Source of the DNA: Minisyncoccota bacterium
GTDB lineage: Bacteria; Patescibacteriota; Minisyncoccia; Phycocordibacterales; UBA2135
Length of the DNA: 64,000 bases
Reading direction: 5' to 3'
NCBI GenBank assembly: GCA_040879685.1
Contig: JBBDJW010000005.1
Span: 21,741-85,740 of the forward strand
This document shows positions 10,239-19,495 of the stretch, one piece after another. How positions within the stretch are numbered: position 1 is the stretch's first letter; each line of letters starts with the position of its first letter. The position numbers were made by a program, and so were the translations under genes. The notes below the pieces were generated by a model. That model was not told the origin of the DNA, ran no database searches, and saw nothing but the letters and a program-made list of their open reading frames with translations.

Positions 10239-10847
10239 TTAGCGTCTATTTTCCATTGCCGCCTTAATGGTGTCGGCATCTGAATACTCAAGTTCAGTGC
10301 CCGTTGAAAGTCCACGACCTAGTGTAGTAATAGTAAAACCGTGTTTTTTCGAGAGTGGGATAAGATAACGCCTAATTTCATCTCCTGTGTGATCGCCCTC
10401 GGGGTTTGCAGAGAGCGCAATAATAATTTCCTTTAATCCTTCTTCACGCGCGCGTTTCTCTACCAAAGAAGAGAGCGAGTGTAGGTAGGGTTCGCTCTCG
10501 TCTGTGTTTCTAAGCGAGAGAAGTCCGCCGAGTACAAAATATTTTCCTTCATAGAGAGAAGCTTTTTTGACCGCCTCCATATCAATATCTTTTGCGACAA
10601 TCATTAAGAGTGAACTGTCGGCATTTTTATCAGAACAGGTAGCGCAGTAATTAGAGACGCCCTCAAAATAGCTGTGGCAAGACTCACACTTTATCATAGT
10701 GCTCTTAAGATTTTGTAGATTTACAACTAATTCTTCAATGAATGTGGGATGGGTGCGTAGCAAAAAATAAACAAACCGCTCAGCTTGACGGCTTCCAATA
10801 CCAGGAAATTTCATAAAAAGTGACACGAGTTTATCTTTCGTTCTCAT
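10239..10847 (-). CDS. recR: recombination protein RecR
   Basis: KFPGIGSRQAERFVYFLL HhH motif, a C4 zinc finger (C.C...C..C) and a Toprim-like C-terminus. Confidence 0.85.
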   Translation of the reverse strand: MRTKDKLVSLFMKFPGIGSRQAERFVYFLLRTHPTFIEELVVNLQNLKSTMIKCESCHSYFEGVSNYCATCSDKNADSSLLMIVAKDIDMEAVKKASLYEGKYFVLGGLLSLRNTDESEPYLHSLSSLVEKRAREEGLKEIIIALSANPEGDHTGDEIRRYLIPLSKKHGFTITTLGRGLSTGTELEYSDADTIKAAMENRR

Positions 10848-10853
10848 GGGGTA

Positions 10854-12254
10854 TTAAAATTCTTCTCCACGGGATTCCTCACCCTCACTTTGGATGCCAA
10901 CATCTTTTTCAAGAGATATGAAGGTCGCTCTCTTTTCATCAAAGTAAAGTTCTATTTTACCGGTTGGTCCGTTACGGTGCTTCTCTATGTGAATCTCTGT
11001 GATATTGGTCTTCTCTTCATCATCACGATATTTATCATCGCGGTGGATGAACATTACCACATCAGCGTCTTGCTCAATGGAGCCAGAATCACGAAGGTCG
11101 GAAAGGCGTGGCTTGTCGCGACGGTGCTCAATGGCACGTGAGAGCTGTGAGAGAGCAATGACAGGGATATCAAGCTCGCGAGCAAGTCCCTTAAGCGAGC
11201 GAGAGACTTCTGATACTTGGTGCACCATCATCTCATAATTTTTAGTAGGGGTAATAAGCTGAAGATAATCAATAATAATAAGCTGAAGATCATGCTCTCG
11301 CTTCATCTTTCTTGCAATACTGCGAATTTGAAGGATTGTTAACGAGGATTGGTCATCAATATAAATTGGTGCTTGTGAGAGAGTGTCAAGCGCTGTTCGG
11401 ATACGGGAGAAATCTTCGTCATTGGAAAGTTGTCCTGTGCGGAGTTTCCATGCATTAACGCGAGACTGTGCAGCGAGCATCCTGTCTACAAGCTGTTGTG
11501 AGCCCATCTCAAGCGAAAAAATGCCTACAGGGATATTATGTTCACAGGCCGCCTTTCGTGCAATATCAAGGGCAAGGGTTGATTTTCCCATTGAAGGACG
11601 CGCGGCAAGAATGACAAGGTCTGATTTTTGAAATCCTGAAAGTAAATCATCAAGCGCCTTGTAACCGCTTGGGATGCCTCGCATCCCCTTCTCGCCCTTA
11701 TGAAGTTTATCAAGCCTGTCCCATGCTTCAGCGAGTGTATCTTTCAAAGTAATAAATGTTTTTTTGGAGCTTGTATTGTTAGTGATTTCAAAAATTTTCT
11801 TCTCACACTGATCCATGAGATCTTCAATTTCCCTGTCTTCATTAAAGCCTAGCTCACCGATAAAATCAGAGGCATTAATAAGCTCTCGAAGAATATGTTT
11901 CTTTTGTATAATTTCAGCATAGTGTTTTACGTTTGTAGAAGAAGGAACCGCACTAACAAGTTCAGTTAAGTATGAACGGCCTCCAACTAAGTCAAGTTTC
12001 TTCTGGTCTTCCATGCGAGAGGAGAGAGAGAGAAGGTCAATAGGCTCTTTTTTATTGTGGAGCCAAAGCATCACTTCATAGATAATTTTATGTTTTGAGG
12101 CATAAAATGATTCAGGAGTAACAGTTTCGCCAATTTCAAAAATCGCATCAGGACGAAGCATAATAGAGCCAAGTAATGCCTTTTCTGCTTCAAGAGCTTG
12201 AGGAGGAACGCGCGTTCCTGTTGTTATTTCGTTATAAGGAGACTTCTGCGCCAT
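10854..12254 (-). CDS. dnaB: replicative DNA helicase DnaB
   Basis: GIPSGYKALDDLLSGFQKSDLVILAARPSMGKSTLALDIA Walker A region, plus DnaB N-terminal domain motifs. Confidence 0.9.
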   Translation of the reverse strand: MAQKSPYNEITTGTRVPPQALEAEKALLGSIMLRPDAIFEIGETVTPESFYASKHKIIYEVMLWLHNKKEPIDLLSLSSRMEDQKKLDLVGGRSYLTELVSAVPSSTNVKHYAEIIQKKHILRELINASDFIGELGFNEDREIEDLMDQCEKKIFEITNNTSSKKTFITLKDTLAEAWDRLDKLHKGEKGMRGIPSGYKALDDLLSGFQKSDLVILAARPSMGKSTLALDIARKAACEHNIPVGIFSLEMGSQQLVDRMLAAQSRVNAWKLRTGQLSNDEDFSRIRTALDTLSQAPIYIDDQSSLTILQIRSIARKMKREHDLQLIIIDYLQLITPTKNYEMMVHQVSEVSRSLKGLARELDIPVIALSQLSRAIEHRRDKPRLSDLRDSGSIEQDADVVMFIHRDDKYRDDEEKTNITEIHIEKHRNGPTGKIELYFDEKRATFISLEKDVGIQSEGEESRGEEF

Positions 12255-12419
12255 TTCTTTATGGTAGCACAGAGGAAGTGCTGAGGCATCTTGAGGGACC
12301 TGTAAAACATGTGTTTAAGTTGGGGACTAGGGGCTAGCTAGGAGGCTAGGACTCGGAGTGATATCTTTATTTCGGTTGTTGTTGGGCCGGAGACTAGGAA
12401 CATTACCTCGCCACCCTCT

Positions 12420-13811
12420 TTAAAGTTTTTTTGTTATCTCTTGACCTTCGGGCGTGTCTTTCACAGAATATCCCGCTTTTTCTATTTTTTTGCGAAGTGA
12501 ATCAGAGCGTGCCCAATCTTCTTCTTCACGTGCTCCCTTTCTCTCATCTGCGAGAACTTCAACGTGAGCGGGGAGAGGTTCTTTTTTGAGATCAGCAAAC
12601 CCAAGTCCAAAAACTCTATCAAAGTCTTTTAACAACTCTTTTTTTTCTTTTTCACCCAATCCATCATCTTTTACTATAATCCAAAGAAGAGCAAGAGCCC
12701 CCGGGGCATCAATGTCATCCTCAATATACTCTTTAAATCTATCTCCATATTCTTTTGCTCTTTCTTCTCCTCGAGAATCAGTTTCATCAAGTGAAAGATA
12801 GAACAGAGAGAGTTTTGAAAGACTACGTGATGCTCCCTCAAGCGCCTCCCATGTAAAATTAATAAGAGTACGGTAGTGGGCACCAAGAAGTAAGTAGCGA
12901 TAGGCAAGAGGAGAGATTCCTTTCTCACTCACATCAAAAAGTGTAGTAAAATTTCCTAATGATTTAGACATCTTTTCATTTTCTATCAAAAGATGGTTAT
13001 TATGCATAAAGTAACGAACAAATGTTTTCCCCGTTGCGGCCTCTGATTGGGCAACTTCATTGGTGTGATGTGTTGGAATATGATCTATACCACTTGTGTG
13101 AATATCTAATGTCTCACCAAGGTACTTCATTGCCATCGCTGAACACTCAGTATGCCACCCTGGAAACCCTTTCCCCCAAGGAGAATCCCATTCTTGTGCG
13201 CGGTGTGTATCCTTTTTTGAAAATTTCCAAAGTGCAAAATCTGTTGGGTATTTTTTTTCGGGATTTTTTTCTATACGTGCGCCCTCACGTAATCCAGAAA
13301 TATTAAGTCTGGCAAGTTTCCCATAGTCGGGGAATTTGCTCGTATTAAAATAAACACCATCACGTGTGGTATAGACATACCCTCTTTGCTCCAACTTTTT
13401 AATAAGAGCAATCTGTTCAGGAACATGTTCTGATGCTTTCGGAAATTCGGTACCCTTTGTTTTAATGTTGAGTGCGGCAAGGTCTTTTTTAAAACTCTCC
13501 ATATAAAACGTAGCTATCTCTTGTGGCGTTTTCTTTTCTTTAACAGCCTTTTGCAAAACCTTGTCTTCTCCTTCATCCGCGTCGGTTGTGAGATGCCCGA
13601 CATCTGTTATGTTGATAATTTGCGAGACCTTAAAACCTTCATATTCAAATATTCTGCGAAGTGTGTCGGCAAAGATATAGGCACGAAGATTCCCAAGATG
13701 AACAAAGTCATATACTGTTGGTCCGCAATGATACATAGAAACGTGTCCTGTGTTACGTGCGACAAAGAGCTCCTTGGTGCGTGTTTTAGTATTGTAAAGA
13801 TAAAGAGACAT
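12420..13811 (-). CDS. cysS: cysteinyl-tRNA synthetase
   Basis: MYHCGPTVYDFVHLGN (HIGH region), KMSKSLGN and the CysRS anticodon-binding domain. Confidence 0.9.
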   Translation of the reverse strand: MSLYLYNTKTRTKELFVARNTGHVSMYHCGPTVYDFVHLGNLRAYIFADTLRRIFEYEGFKVSQIINITDVGHLTTDADEGEDKVLQKAVKEKKTPQEIATFYMESFKKDLAALNIKTKGTEFPKASEHVPEQIALIKKLEQRGYVYTTRDGVYFNTSKFPDYGKLARLNISGLREGARIEKNPEKKYPTDFALWKFSKKDTHRAQEWDSPWGKGFPGWHTECSAMAMKYLGETLDIHTSGIDHIPTHHTNEVAQSEAATGKTFVRYFMHNNHLLIENEKMSKSLGNFTTLFDVSEKGISPLAYRYLLLGAHYRTLINFTWEALEGASRSLSKLSLFYLSLDETDSRGEERAKEYGDRFKEYIEDDIDAPGALALLWIIVKDDGLGEKEKKELLKDFDRVFGLGFADLKKEPLPAHVEVLADERKGAREEEDWARSDSLRKKIEKAGYSVKDTPEGQEITKKL

Positions 13812-13925
13812 ACATAAAGTATATCACAGAGCACGAGTCATATAATACGTAGTATGTTAGCCATGAGGCAGGAGGGGAAATTAAAAATTATCATTAGCCA
13901 AAGACCTTAATCACTAATCATTGAA

Positions 13926-13954
13926 TTGACCACACGCTCTTCCTCTGAGATAAT
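13926..13954 (+). promoter_or_regulatory. sigma70-like promoter TTGACC-N17-GATAAT, immediately upstream of the S41 protease gene. Leader is very short or absent.
   Basis: Read directly from the sequence: ttgacc at 13926-13931, a 17-nt spacer, gataat at 13949-13954, ATG at 13963. Confidence 0.4.
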
Positions 13955-13962
13955 AGAAACTT

Positions 13963-15192
13963 ATGAAGATGAAAAAAACATCTCTTTTCCGATTTCTCCT
14001 CATCACGCTCATTCTTATAGGAGGATCTTTTTTGCTGGGTTTCTATTTTGGTGAGCAGTCAGTCTCATATAAAGAGCGGGTCAGAGATATCTCCGAGAAA
14101 GACCCCTCTCTCCAATTCGGGGCGGTAGTAGTGAGTTTTGAGCCATTTTGGAAGACATGGAGTGTAATAGACGAGAAATTCGTAAGCACAGGGACAACAA
14201 CCGCAGAGGATCGTGTATGGGGCGCAATAGAGGGGTTGGTAAATTCATTGAATGATCCGTATTCTGTTTTTCTTCCACCTGATGACGCGGAGATTTTTAA
14301 CGAGAATATAATCGGTAATTTTGGAGGAGTTGGCATGGAGATTGGTATCCGTGATGGCGTGTTAACTGTTGTTGCACCACTCAAGGATACACCAGCAGAA
14401 AAAGCGGGAATAGAGACAGGTGATAAGATTTTAGAGGTTGATGGTGTTGTTACCACTAAAATGCGCACCGACGAAGCGGTGAAGCTTATTCGGGGAGAGA
14501 TGGGCACTAAAGTTGAACTTACCATTTCACGCGAAGGGGTAGAAGAAGCTTTTATTGTTGAGATTGTTCGCGGAAACATCTCTATACCTACCATAGAGAC
14601 AACACTGCGAGATGATGGGATTTTTATGATTGAGCTTTACAGCTTTACTGCTGTCTCGCCACAGCTTTTCGAACAGGCACTCCAGGAGTTTGTTTTGAAA
14701 GGGAATGGAAAACTCATTCTTGACCTGCGTAATAATCCCGGTGGCTTTTTAGATGCCGCGGTTGATATGGCAAGCTGGTTCTTGCCGGCTGGTACAATTA
14801 TTGTTTCTGAAAATTTTGGTGAAAAGAAAGAAAGTGTTACGTATAGAAGTAAAGGGTATGATATTTTCAATACCGATGTACTTAACATGGTAGTTCTCAT
14901 AAACGAAGGCTCTGCGTCTGCTTCGGAGATTTTGGCAGGAGCACTTTCCGAGCATGGTGTTGCGACACTTATCGGTGAGCAGAGTTTCGGAAAGGGGAGT
15001 GTGCAGGAGCTTGTAAAGATTACTAAAGATACCTCTTTAAAGATTACTGTTGCAGAATGGAAAACACCGCAAGGAAAATCATTCAGTAAAGAAGGGCTTA
15101 TTCCTGATATTGAAATTGAACTGACAACAGAAGACAGAGAGGCAAACCGCGACCCGCAGGTTGAAAAGGCGGTAGAGTTTTTGTTAGAGTAG
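13963..15192 (+). CDS. ctpA: carboxyl-terminal processing protease (S41 family) with PDZ domain
   Basis: N-terminal TM segment, PDZ domain (GDKILEVDGV) and S41 motifs LILDLRNNPGGFLDAAV. Confidence 0.85.
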   Translation: MKMKKTSLFRFLLITLILIGGSFLLGFYFGEQSVSYKERVRDISEKDPSLQFGAVVVSFEPFWKTWSVIDEKFVSTGTTTAEDRVWGAIEGLVNSLNDPYSVFLPPDDAEIFNENIIGNFGGVGMEIGIRDGVLTVVAPLKDTPAEKAGIETGDKILEVDGVVTTKMRTDEAVKLIRGEMGTKVELTISREGVEEAFIVEIVRGNISIPTIETTLRDDGIFMIELYSFTAVSPQLFEQALQEFVLKGNGKLILDLRNNPGGFLDAAVDMASWFLPAGTIIVSENFGEKKESVTYRSKGYDIFNTDVLNMVVLINEGSASASEILAGALSEHGVATLIGEQSFGKGSVQELVKITKDTSLKITVAEWKTPQGKSFSKEGLIPDIEIELTTEDREANRDPQVEKAVEFLLE

Positions 15193-15199
15193 AAACATC

Positions 15200-15646
15200 A
15201 TGCGTATTATTTTGTTACAAGATATTGCCAAGATAGGCAAAAAATATGAAGAAAAAAATATTGCAAACGGCTATGCTCGCAACGCTCTTATTCCGCAAGG
15301 TAAGGCCATACTTGCAACGCCTGAAAACAGGAAACATGTTGCCACAAAAAAAGAGGTGAGAGAACAAAAGTGGCAGGATAAGGAAGAGCGCTTAGAGAAA
15401 GCACTCTCCGGTCTTTCAGATGAAAAGATCACCGTGAGGGTTAAGGCGAATGAAAAAGGACACCTTTTTGCAGGTATCGGGAAAGAAGAGATAAGTGCAC
15501 TTCTTAAAAAAGAGGGGATTATAGATATTGAGCCACGCTTTATTGAGTGTGACGGAGTGATAAAAGAAGTAGGAGAGCATAGTGTTGGACTTTATTTAGG
15601 TGATAAAAAAGGAGAGATAGTGCTTAGAGTTCAGGCTGAAGAGTAA
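15200..15646 (+). CDS. rplI: 50S ribosomal protein L9
   Basis: MRIILLQDIAKIGKKYEEKNIANGYARNALIPQGKAILAT. Confidence 0.85.
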   Translation: MRIILLQDIAKIGKKYEEKNIANGYARNALIPQGKAILATPENRKHVATKKEVREQKWQDKEERLEKALSGLSDEKITVRVKANEKGHLFAGIGKEEISALLKKEGIIDIEPRFIECDGVIKEVGEHSVGLYLGDKKGEIVLRVQAEE

Positions 15647-15649
15647 AAA

Positions 15650-15687
15650 AATAAACGACTCAATTCATGAGTCGTTTATTTTTTTTA
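15650..15687. terminator. bidirectional intrinsic terminator between convergent rplI and rpmA
   Basis: aaaaaaATAAACGACTCAattcaTGAGTCGTTTATtttttttt: a perfect 10-bp stem with A-run and T-run flanks. Confidence 0.8.
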
Positions 15688-15717
15688 CTTCCTTTATATG
15701 GTTCCTTGGTGGAATCT

Positions 15718-15990
15718 TTATTTCACGTTTGCTTGTTTTTTGCGGATGATCTTGCCGGTAAAATGTGTTTTTCGGACAGAGGTAAATTTTACAATACCAT
15801 CTTTAAGAGCAAAGAGAGTGTGATCTTTTCCTGCACGAACATTTTCTCCAGGGATAATTTTTGTCCCTCGCTGACGCACGATAACAGAACTCCTTTGCGC
15901 CTTCTGGCCGTCGTAGAGTTTTGTACCAAGATATTTTGGGTTTGAATCTCGAAGATTTTTTGCAGAACCTCCGGCTTTTCTATGTGCCAT
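15718..15990 (-). CDS. rpmA: 50S ribosomal protein L27
   Basis: [24 protein letters not shown]...IVRQRGT. Confidence 0.9.
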   Translation of the reverse strand: MAHRKAGGSAKNLRDSNPKYLGTKLYDGQKAQRSSVIVRQRGTKIIPGENVRAGKDHTLFALKDGIVKFTSVRKTHFTGKIIRKKQANVK

Positions 15991-16127
15991 AATCTCTTTA
16001 ATCTCTTTTTTTACTGGGCATATTTCTTTTTAGGTGTATGCCTCCCAAGAGATTTTTTATCTGTTATACTAGAATAATGTTGACTATCATACAGAATTTT
16101 GTTTTAAAAATCAAGTCTTTTCGCGAC

Positions 16128-16451
16128 ATGATGAATCGCAGAGAAGATCTTTTTCTTGTAACCCTTATTGTCCTTGTGGGGCTGGGGAGCTTCGGTCTTG
16201 GAAGACTCTCGGCGATAGAGCAAGGTGAAGTAAGAATAGAGTCGGTATCGGCGCTCTCTAGAGATGCGACTGGCTCGCTGGAAGATCAAGGAAAGGGAGG
16301 TTTTGTGGGTTCAATAAACAGCACAAAATATCACGCACCGTGGTGCTCGGGAGCTTCACGTATTGCACGAGAAAATGAAATTTGGTTTGCTTCAGAAGAA
16401 GAGGCACAGCGGGCAGGGTATACTCCGGCGGCAAACTGCAAAGGAATTTAA
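16128..16451 (+). CDS. small membrane-anchored protein whose C-terminal domain resembles the Ada N-terminal metal-binding fold
   Basis: TM helix LFLVTLIVLVGLGSFGLG. The C-terminus YHAPWCSGASRIARENEIWFASEEEAQRAGYTPAANCKG aligns with Ada FCRPSCRARHALRENVSFYANASEALAAGFRPCKRCQP. ATG at 16128. Confidence 0.55.
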   Translation: MMNRREDLFLVTLIVLVGLGSFGLGRLSAIEQGEVRIESVSALSRDATGSLEDQGKGGFVGSINSTKYHAPWCSGASRIARENEIWFASEEEAQRAGYTPAANCKGI

Positions 16452-16482
16452 TTTAGTCAGCAATTATGTTACGATTATTGAT

Positions 16483-17232
16483 ATGAGAGAAGATGTTGCA
16501 CGAACATTAGAAGAGGTAGATAGGGGAGCTGAAGCACCGAAAGGGGAGAAGTATATCCCCAATAAGGTGAGTTTTTGGCGTCTCATTGCTATTTTGAGGG
16601 AGTTTCAAAAGGGATTTAATCTTATTCAAAAATATTCACTTGCAGTGACATTTTTTGGATCTTCTCGGGAGTGTCTCTCAAAAGAAACATACGCAGAAGT
16701 TACTAAACTCGCTCGCATACTTTCAAAAGACGGCTTTACCGTAATTACCGGAGGAGGTGGGGGTGTTATGGGTGCGGCAAACAAGGGGGCTCATGAGGCA
16801 GGAGGGGATTCTGTTGGGGTAAATATTAAACTTCCTCATGAACAAAATCTTAACAAGTACACAACAGATTCTAAGGAATTTAAATATTTCTTTATTAGAA
16901 AGATAATGCTCTCGTTTGCTTCTGAAGCATATATTTTTTTCCCTGGAGGTTACGGTACCTTAGATGAGTTTTTTGAGATTATTACACTTATTCAGACAAA
17001 GAAAATTCAACCGATTCCTGTTGTGCTTGTGGGAAAGAGTTATTGGTCTCCTCTTATAGAGTGGATAAACAAAACACTTTATGAAAAAAAAGGCACGATT
17101 AATAAGGAAGATTTAGAAATTTTTTTTCTTGTTGATAACGCCGAAGAAGCACACAAAGCAACACATCTTCTTCTTAAAAAACTTTGTCCAACGTGCCTCG
17201 CTGACCATGGAGTAGCGGAGAAATGTGAGTGA
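16483..17232 (+). CDS. LOG family protein (TIGR00730-type Rossmann-fold nucleotide-binding / cytokinin riboside 5'-monophosphate phosphoribohydrolase-like)
   Basis: GGGGGVMGAANKGA and PGGYGTLDEFFE motifs. The ATG at 16483 follows the stop of the upstream gene. Confidence 0.8.
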   Translation: MREDVARTLEEVDRGAEAPKGEKYIPNKVSFWRLIAILREFQKGFNLIQKYSLAVTFFGSSRECLSKETYAEVTKLARILSKDGFTVITGGGGGVMGAANKGAHEAGGDSVGVNIKLPHEQNLNKYTTDSKEFKYFFIRKIMLSFASEAYIFFPGGYGTLDEFFEIITLIQTKKIQPIPVVLVGKSYWSPLIEWINKTLYEKKGTINKEDLEIFFLVDNAEEAHKATHLLLKKLCPTCLADHGVAEKCE

Positions 17233-17504
17233 ACAGAGCGCATAGTTTTTAGATTTTAGGATGCATCTCACCGTCGGGAAAGACAAGGTGGGTGCAAATG
17301 ATTAAAAAAACGATAGGGGATAGGGTTTTTGCGCCCTTGTTTCTCTATCTTATCGTGTCGCACAATATACATTTTACGTAGGTAAGAATATCAATAAAGA
17401 AGGTAATAGTTACTACCTTCTGAATTTTACTTTCTAATTCCTACTTCTAGTTTCAACAGTTGTAATTTTCCGAAAGTTATAGACCTTGTGACGTAACACC
17501 TCTC

Positions 17505-17541
17505 GTTACCGTGTTATACTTCCGAAGTATAATACGGTAAC
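17505..17541. repeat. near-perfect 37-bp palindrome in a 650-bp non-coding region
   Basis: gttaccgtgttatacttcCgaagtataatacggtaac, with 1 mismatch between arms. Confidence 0.6.
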
Positions 17542-17631
17542 TGAGAAGTCCGACTCCTCAGTAACTCCTCAGTAGAGTGCTCAATACAAAAAATATTCCT
17601 AAAAACTCCCCTATGCCTTTCCATTCCATAT

Positions 17632-17650
17632 ACACAAGTCTGACTTGTGT
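17632..17650. repeat. copy of the 19-bp palindrome ACACAAGTCTGACTTGTGT. Two more copies lie at 30067-30119.
   Basis: Exact string match seen in the sequence at three places. Confidence 0.7.
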
Positions 17651-17821
17651 GGTAAGGAATGATGGTGAGAATGCACTTCAAATTCGGTAAACAGATAAAT
17701 AGGTAAATACTACTCAAGACATTGAAAGGCTTCATAAAGACGACGCGCTTTCTTATCCCCTTCTTTTGAAAAAACATTCTCAAGCGCGCATAAAAAAGTA
17801 AAAAGTAATGCGTGCCAATCA

Positions 17822-17857
17822 CAATACTCCAATATTCTATAGAATGTTGGAGTATTG
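17822..17857. repeat. 36-bp near-perfect palindrome/hairpin CAATACTCCAAtattctatagaatgTTGGAGTATTG, a possible terminator for the minus-strand operon ending at 17879
   Basis: Arms of 11 bp are perfect and the centre is itself palindromic. A T-rich tract follows on the minus strand. Confidence 0.5.
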
Positions 17858-17878
17858 TGAAGAGTGTTTTTTATAAAA

Positions 17879-18190
17879 TCAGCGTGTTATTACCGGAGCG
17901 TTCAGCTCAAAATCATGCGGCTCTCCTACTTTGATGCGTTCAAGGTTGTCTACAAAACTGCTCCAGAGCAAGTCTATAAAAATATTGTTCCAGAAATATA
18001 AAACGGGGCTTGCAAGATGTTCATTCCAAACATATTTTGCTCCTTCAACAATATATTCAATATTTTTTTGTGTTGTTGGCTGGTCAATAAAAGATTTAAT
18101 ATCAAAGTTAAAATAACTCAAAACAAGAACGCCTAAAACAATAAGAATAATAAGTTTTATGAGCCCTTTGTTTTTTTGATGTGCGTACAT
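17879..18190 (-). CDS. hypothetical small membrane-anchored protein
   Basis: 103 aa with a TM helix LIKLIILIVLGVLVLSYF. Abuts the upstream M23 peptidase gene, so is probably co-transcribed. No recognisable domain. Confidence 0.45.
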   Translation of the reverse strand: MYAHQKNKGLIKLIILIVLGVLVLSYFNFDIKSFIDQPTTQKNIEYIVEGAKYVWNEHLASPVLYFWNNIFIDLLWSSFVDNLERIKVGEPHDFELNAPVITR

Positions 18191-18199
18191 AATTTTATT

Positions 18200-19495
18200 C
18201 TACTCCAAGCGTGGGAGATATGAAAGCGGATTAAGATAGCCGTTTTTTGCAGAGAGCGGAAGCGTGAGTTCAACACCGCATACGCGACTAATATATTTTT
18301 CGGTATCTTGCCCGGAGATACCAACTGCTTTTGTCGCAAAAACAGCAAAGTGAAGATGGGGTCCTGTTGAGTAGCCGGTATTACCCGAGTAGCCAATAAT
18401 CTGCCCCTCTTGTACCTCCTGTCCAACTGAGACGCTCTGAAGCGAAAGATGAGCATAGAGTGTTGAGAGGCCATTGAAGTGCTCAACCAAAATCCACTTT
18501 CCGTATGAGACCCGATAACATTGTGAGTCGGTATCAGCTACACCGCGAACAATACCGCCTGAAGAAGAACGAACCGGTGTCCCGACACTTGCACGAAAAT
18601 CTATACCGTTATGTCCCCCGCCATTATAAACTTGCGGATTTGCTGTTGCAAAAGGGGTAGTACCAAAATATTGCGTGATATAAAGAGAGTCAAGGGGCCA
18701 TCGCAAGACACCCGTTCCGGTGCTTGGCAGTGAGTTAGGGTCAATCTCAATACGAAGTCGCTCCTCAAACTCAAGAATTTCTTTCTCCAGAGCCTCTTTT
18801 TTGGCAAGGCGCACTTCAAGAATTTGCTGGTAATTCGCCTCCTTATTTTTTGTATCTTCCAAAAGCCGTGCCTTCTCTTCCTGGTTTATCTCCACAAGAA
18901 GTCTCTGGTTGGAGAGTTGTTGCTGATGAGCGATAAGGCTTCTTCTTTCTTTCTCATGCGCGTCTCGCTTCTCTTCAAGAGCTCTCTCTAGCTCTGAAAG
19001 TTCTCGTAGGCTTGTCTGCACACTTGCTTGAAAACGTTCTATATTTTCAACATTGTCCCAAAAGGCAGAAAAACTATTCCCTGAAAAAATAATTTCCACC
19101 AGAGATTGCGATTCAAGCTCGTGGAGGATTCGCAGTGTTTGTGAAAGGTCTCCCACATTTTCTTTTATCTCTCTTCGCTTCTCTATAATTTCCGTTTCAA
19201 GAGAAAAAATAGACGAAGCGGTCTCTTGTATATCCCCTTGCGTTGTTTTAATATTTCCTCGGAGTCTTCTCTCTGAGACATCAAGACGGTCAAGCTCCCC
19301 TTCAAGTGTTTTTGCTTCTTCTTGTGTCTCTTCAACACGCTCTTTATACTCCTCAATTTCACGGTTCAACTCTTTGATTTGGTGTGCTCGATTGCTGATG
19401 AGATTACGCAAGTCATCTAAAATACCCGCGCTTGCATGTGCGGGAAAAAAGAGTGTAAAAAGTATTAAAAATAAAAAAAATATACTATTTCTCAT
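18200..19495 (-). CDS. secreted M23 family metallopeptidase with N-terminal coiled coil (EnvC/NlpD-like)
   Basis: Signal peptide, about 250 aa of coiled coil, and a C-terminal LytM domain with HNGIDF and HLHF motifs. Confidence 0.8.
   Translation of the reverse strand: MRNSIFFLFLILFTLFFPAHASAGILDDLRNLISNRAHQIKELNREIEEYKERVEETQEEAKTLEGELDRLDVSERRLRGNIKTTQGDIQETASSIFSLETEIIEKRREIKENVGDLSQTLRILHELESQSLVEIIFSGNSFSAFWDNVENIERFQASVQTSLRELSELERALEEKRDAHEKERRSLIAHQQQLSNQRLLVEINQEEKARLLEDTKNKEANYQQILEVRLAKKEALEKEILEFEERLRIEIDPNSLPSTGTGVLRWPLDSLYITQYFGTTPFATANPQVYNGGGHNGIDFRASVGTPVRSSSGGIVRGVADTDSQCYRVSYGKWILVEHFNGLSTLYAHLSLQSVSVGQEVQEGQIIGYSGNTGYSTGPHLHFAVFATKAVGISGQDTEKYISRVCGVELTLPLSAKNGYLNPLSYLPRLE

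Noticed and set aside
12300-12380. CTAGG-rich repetitive stretch (ggggactaggggctagctaggaggctaggactcgg) upstream of dnaB
   Set aside because: It is only a short degenerate low-complexity run. It has no defined repeat unit or partner elsewhere in the window, and is probably incidental promoter-region sequence.
17514-17822. 102-aa minus-strand ORF in the 17233-17878 spacer
   Set aside because: It runs straight through two long palindromes and the dispersed repeat, has no ribosome-binding site, and has a low-complexity composition. It is more likely non-coding.
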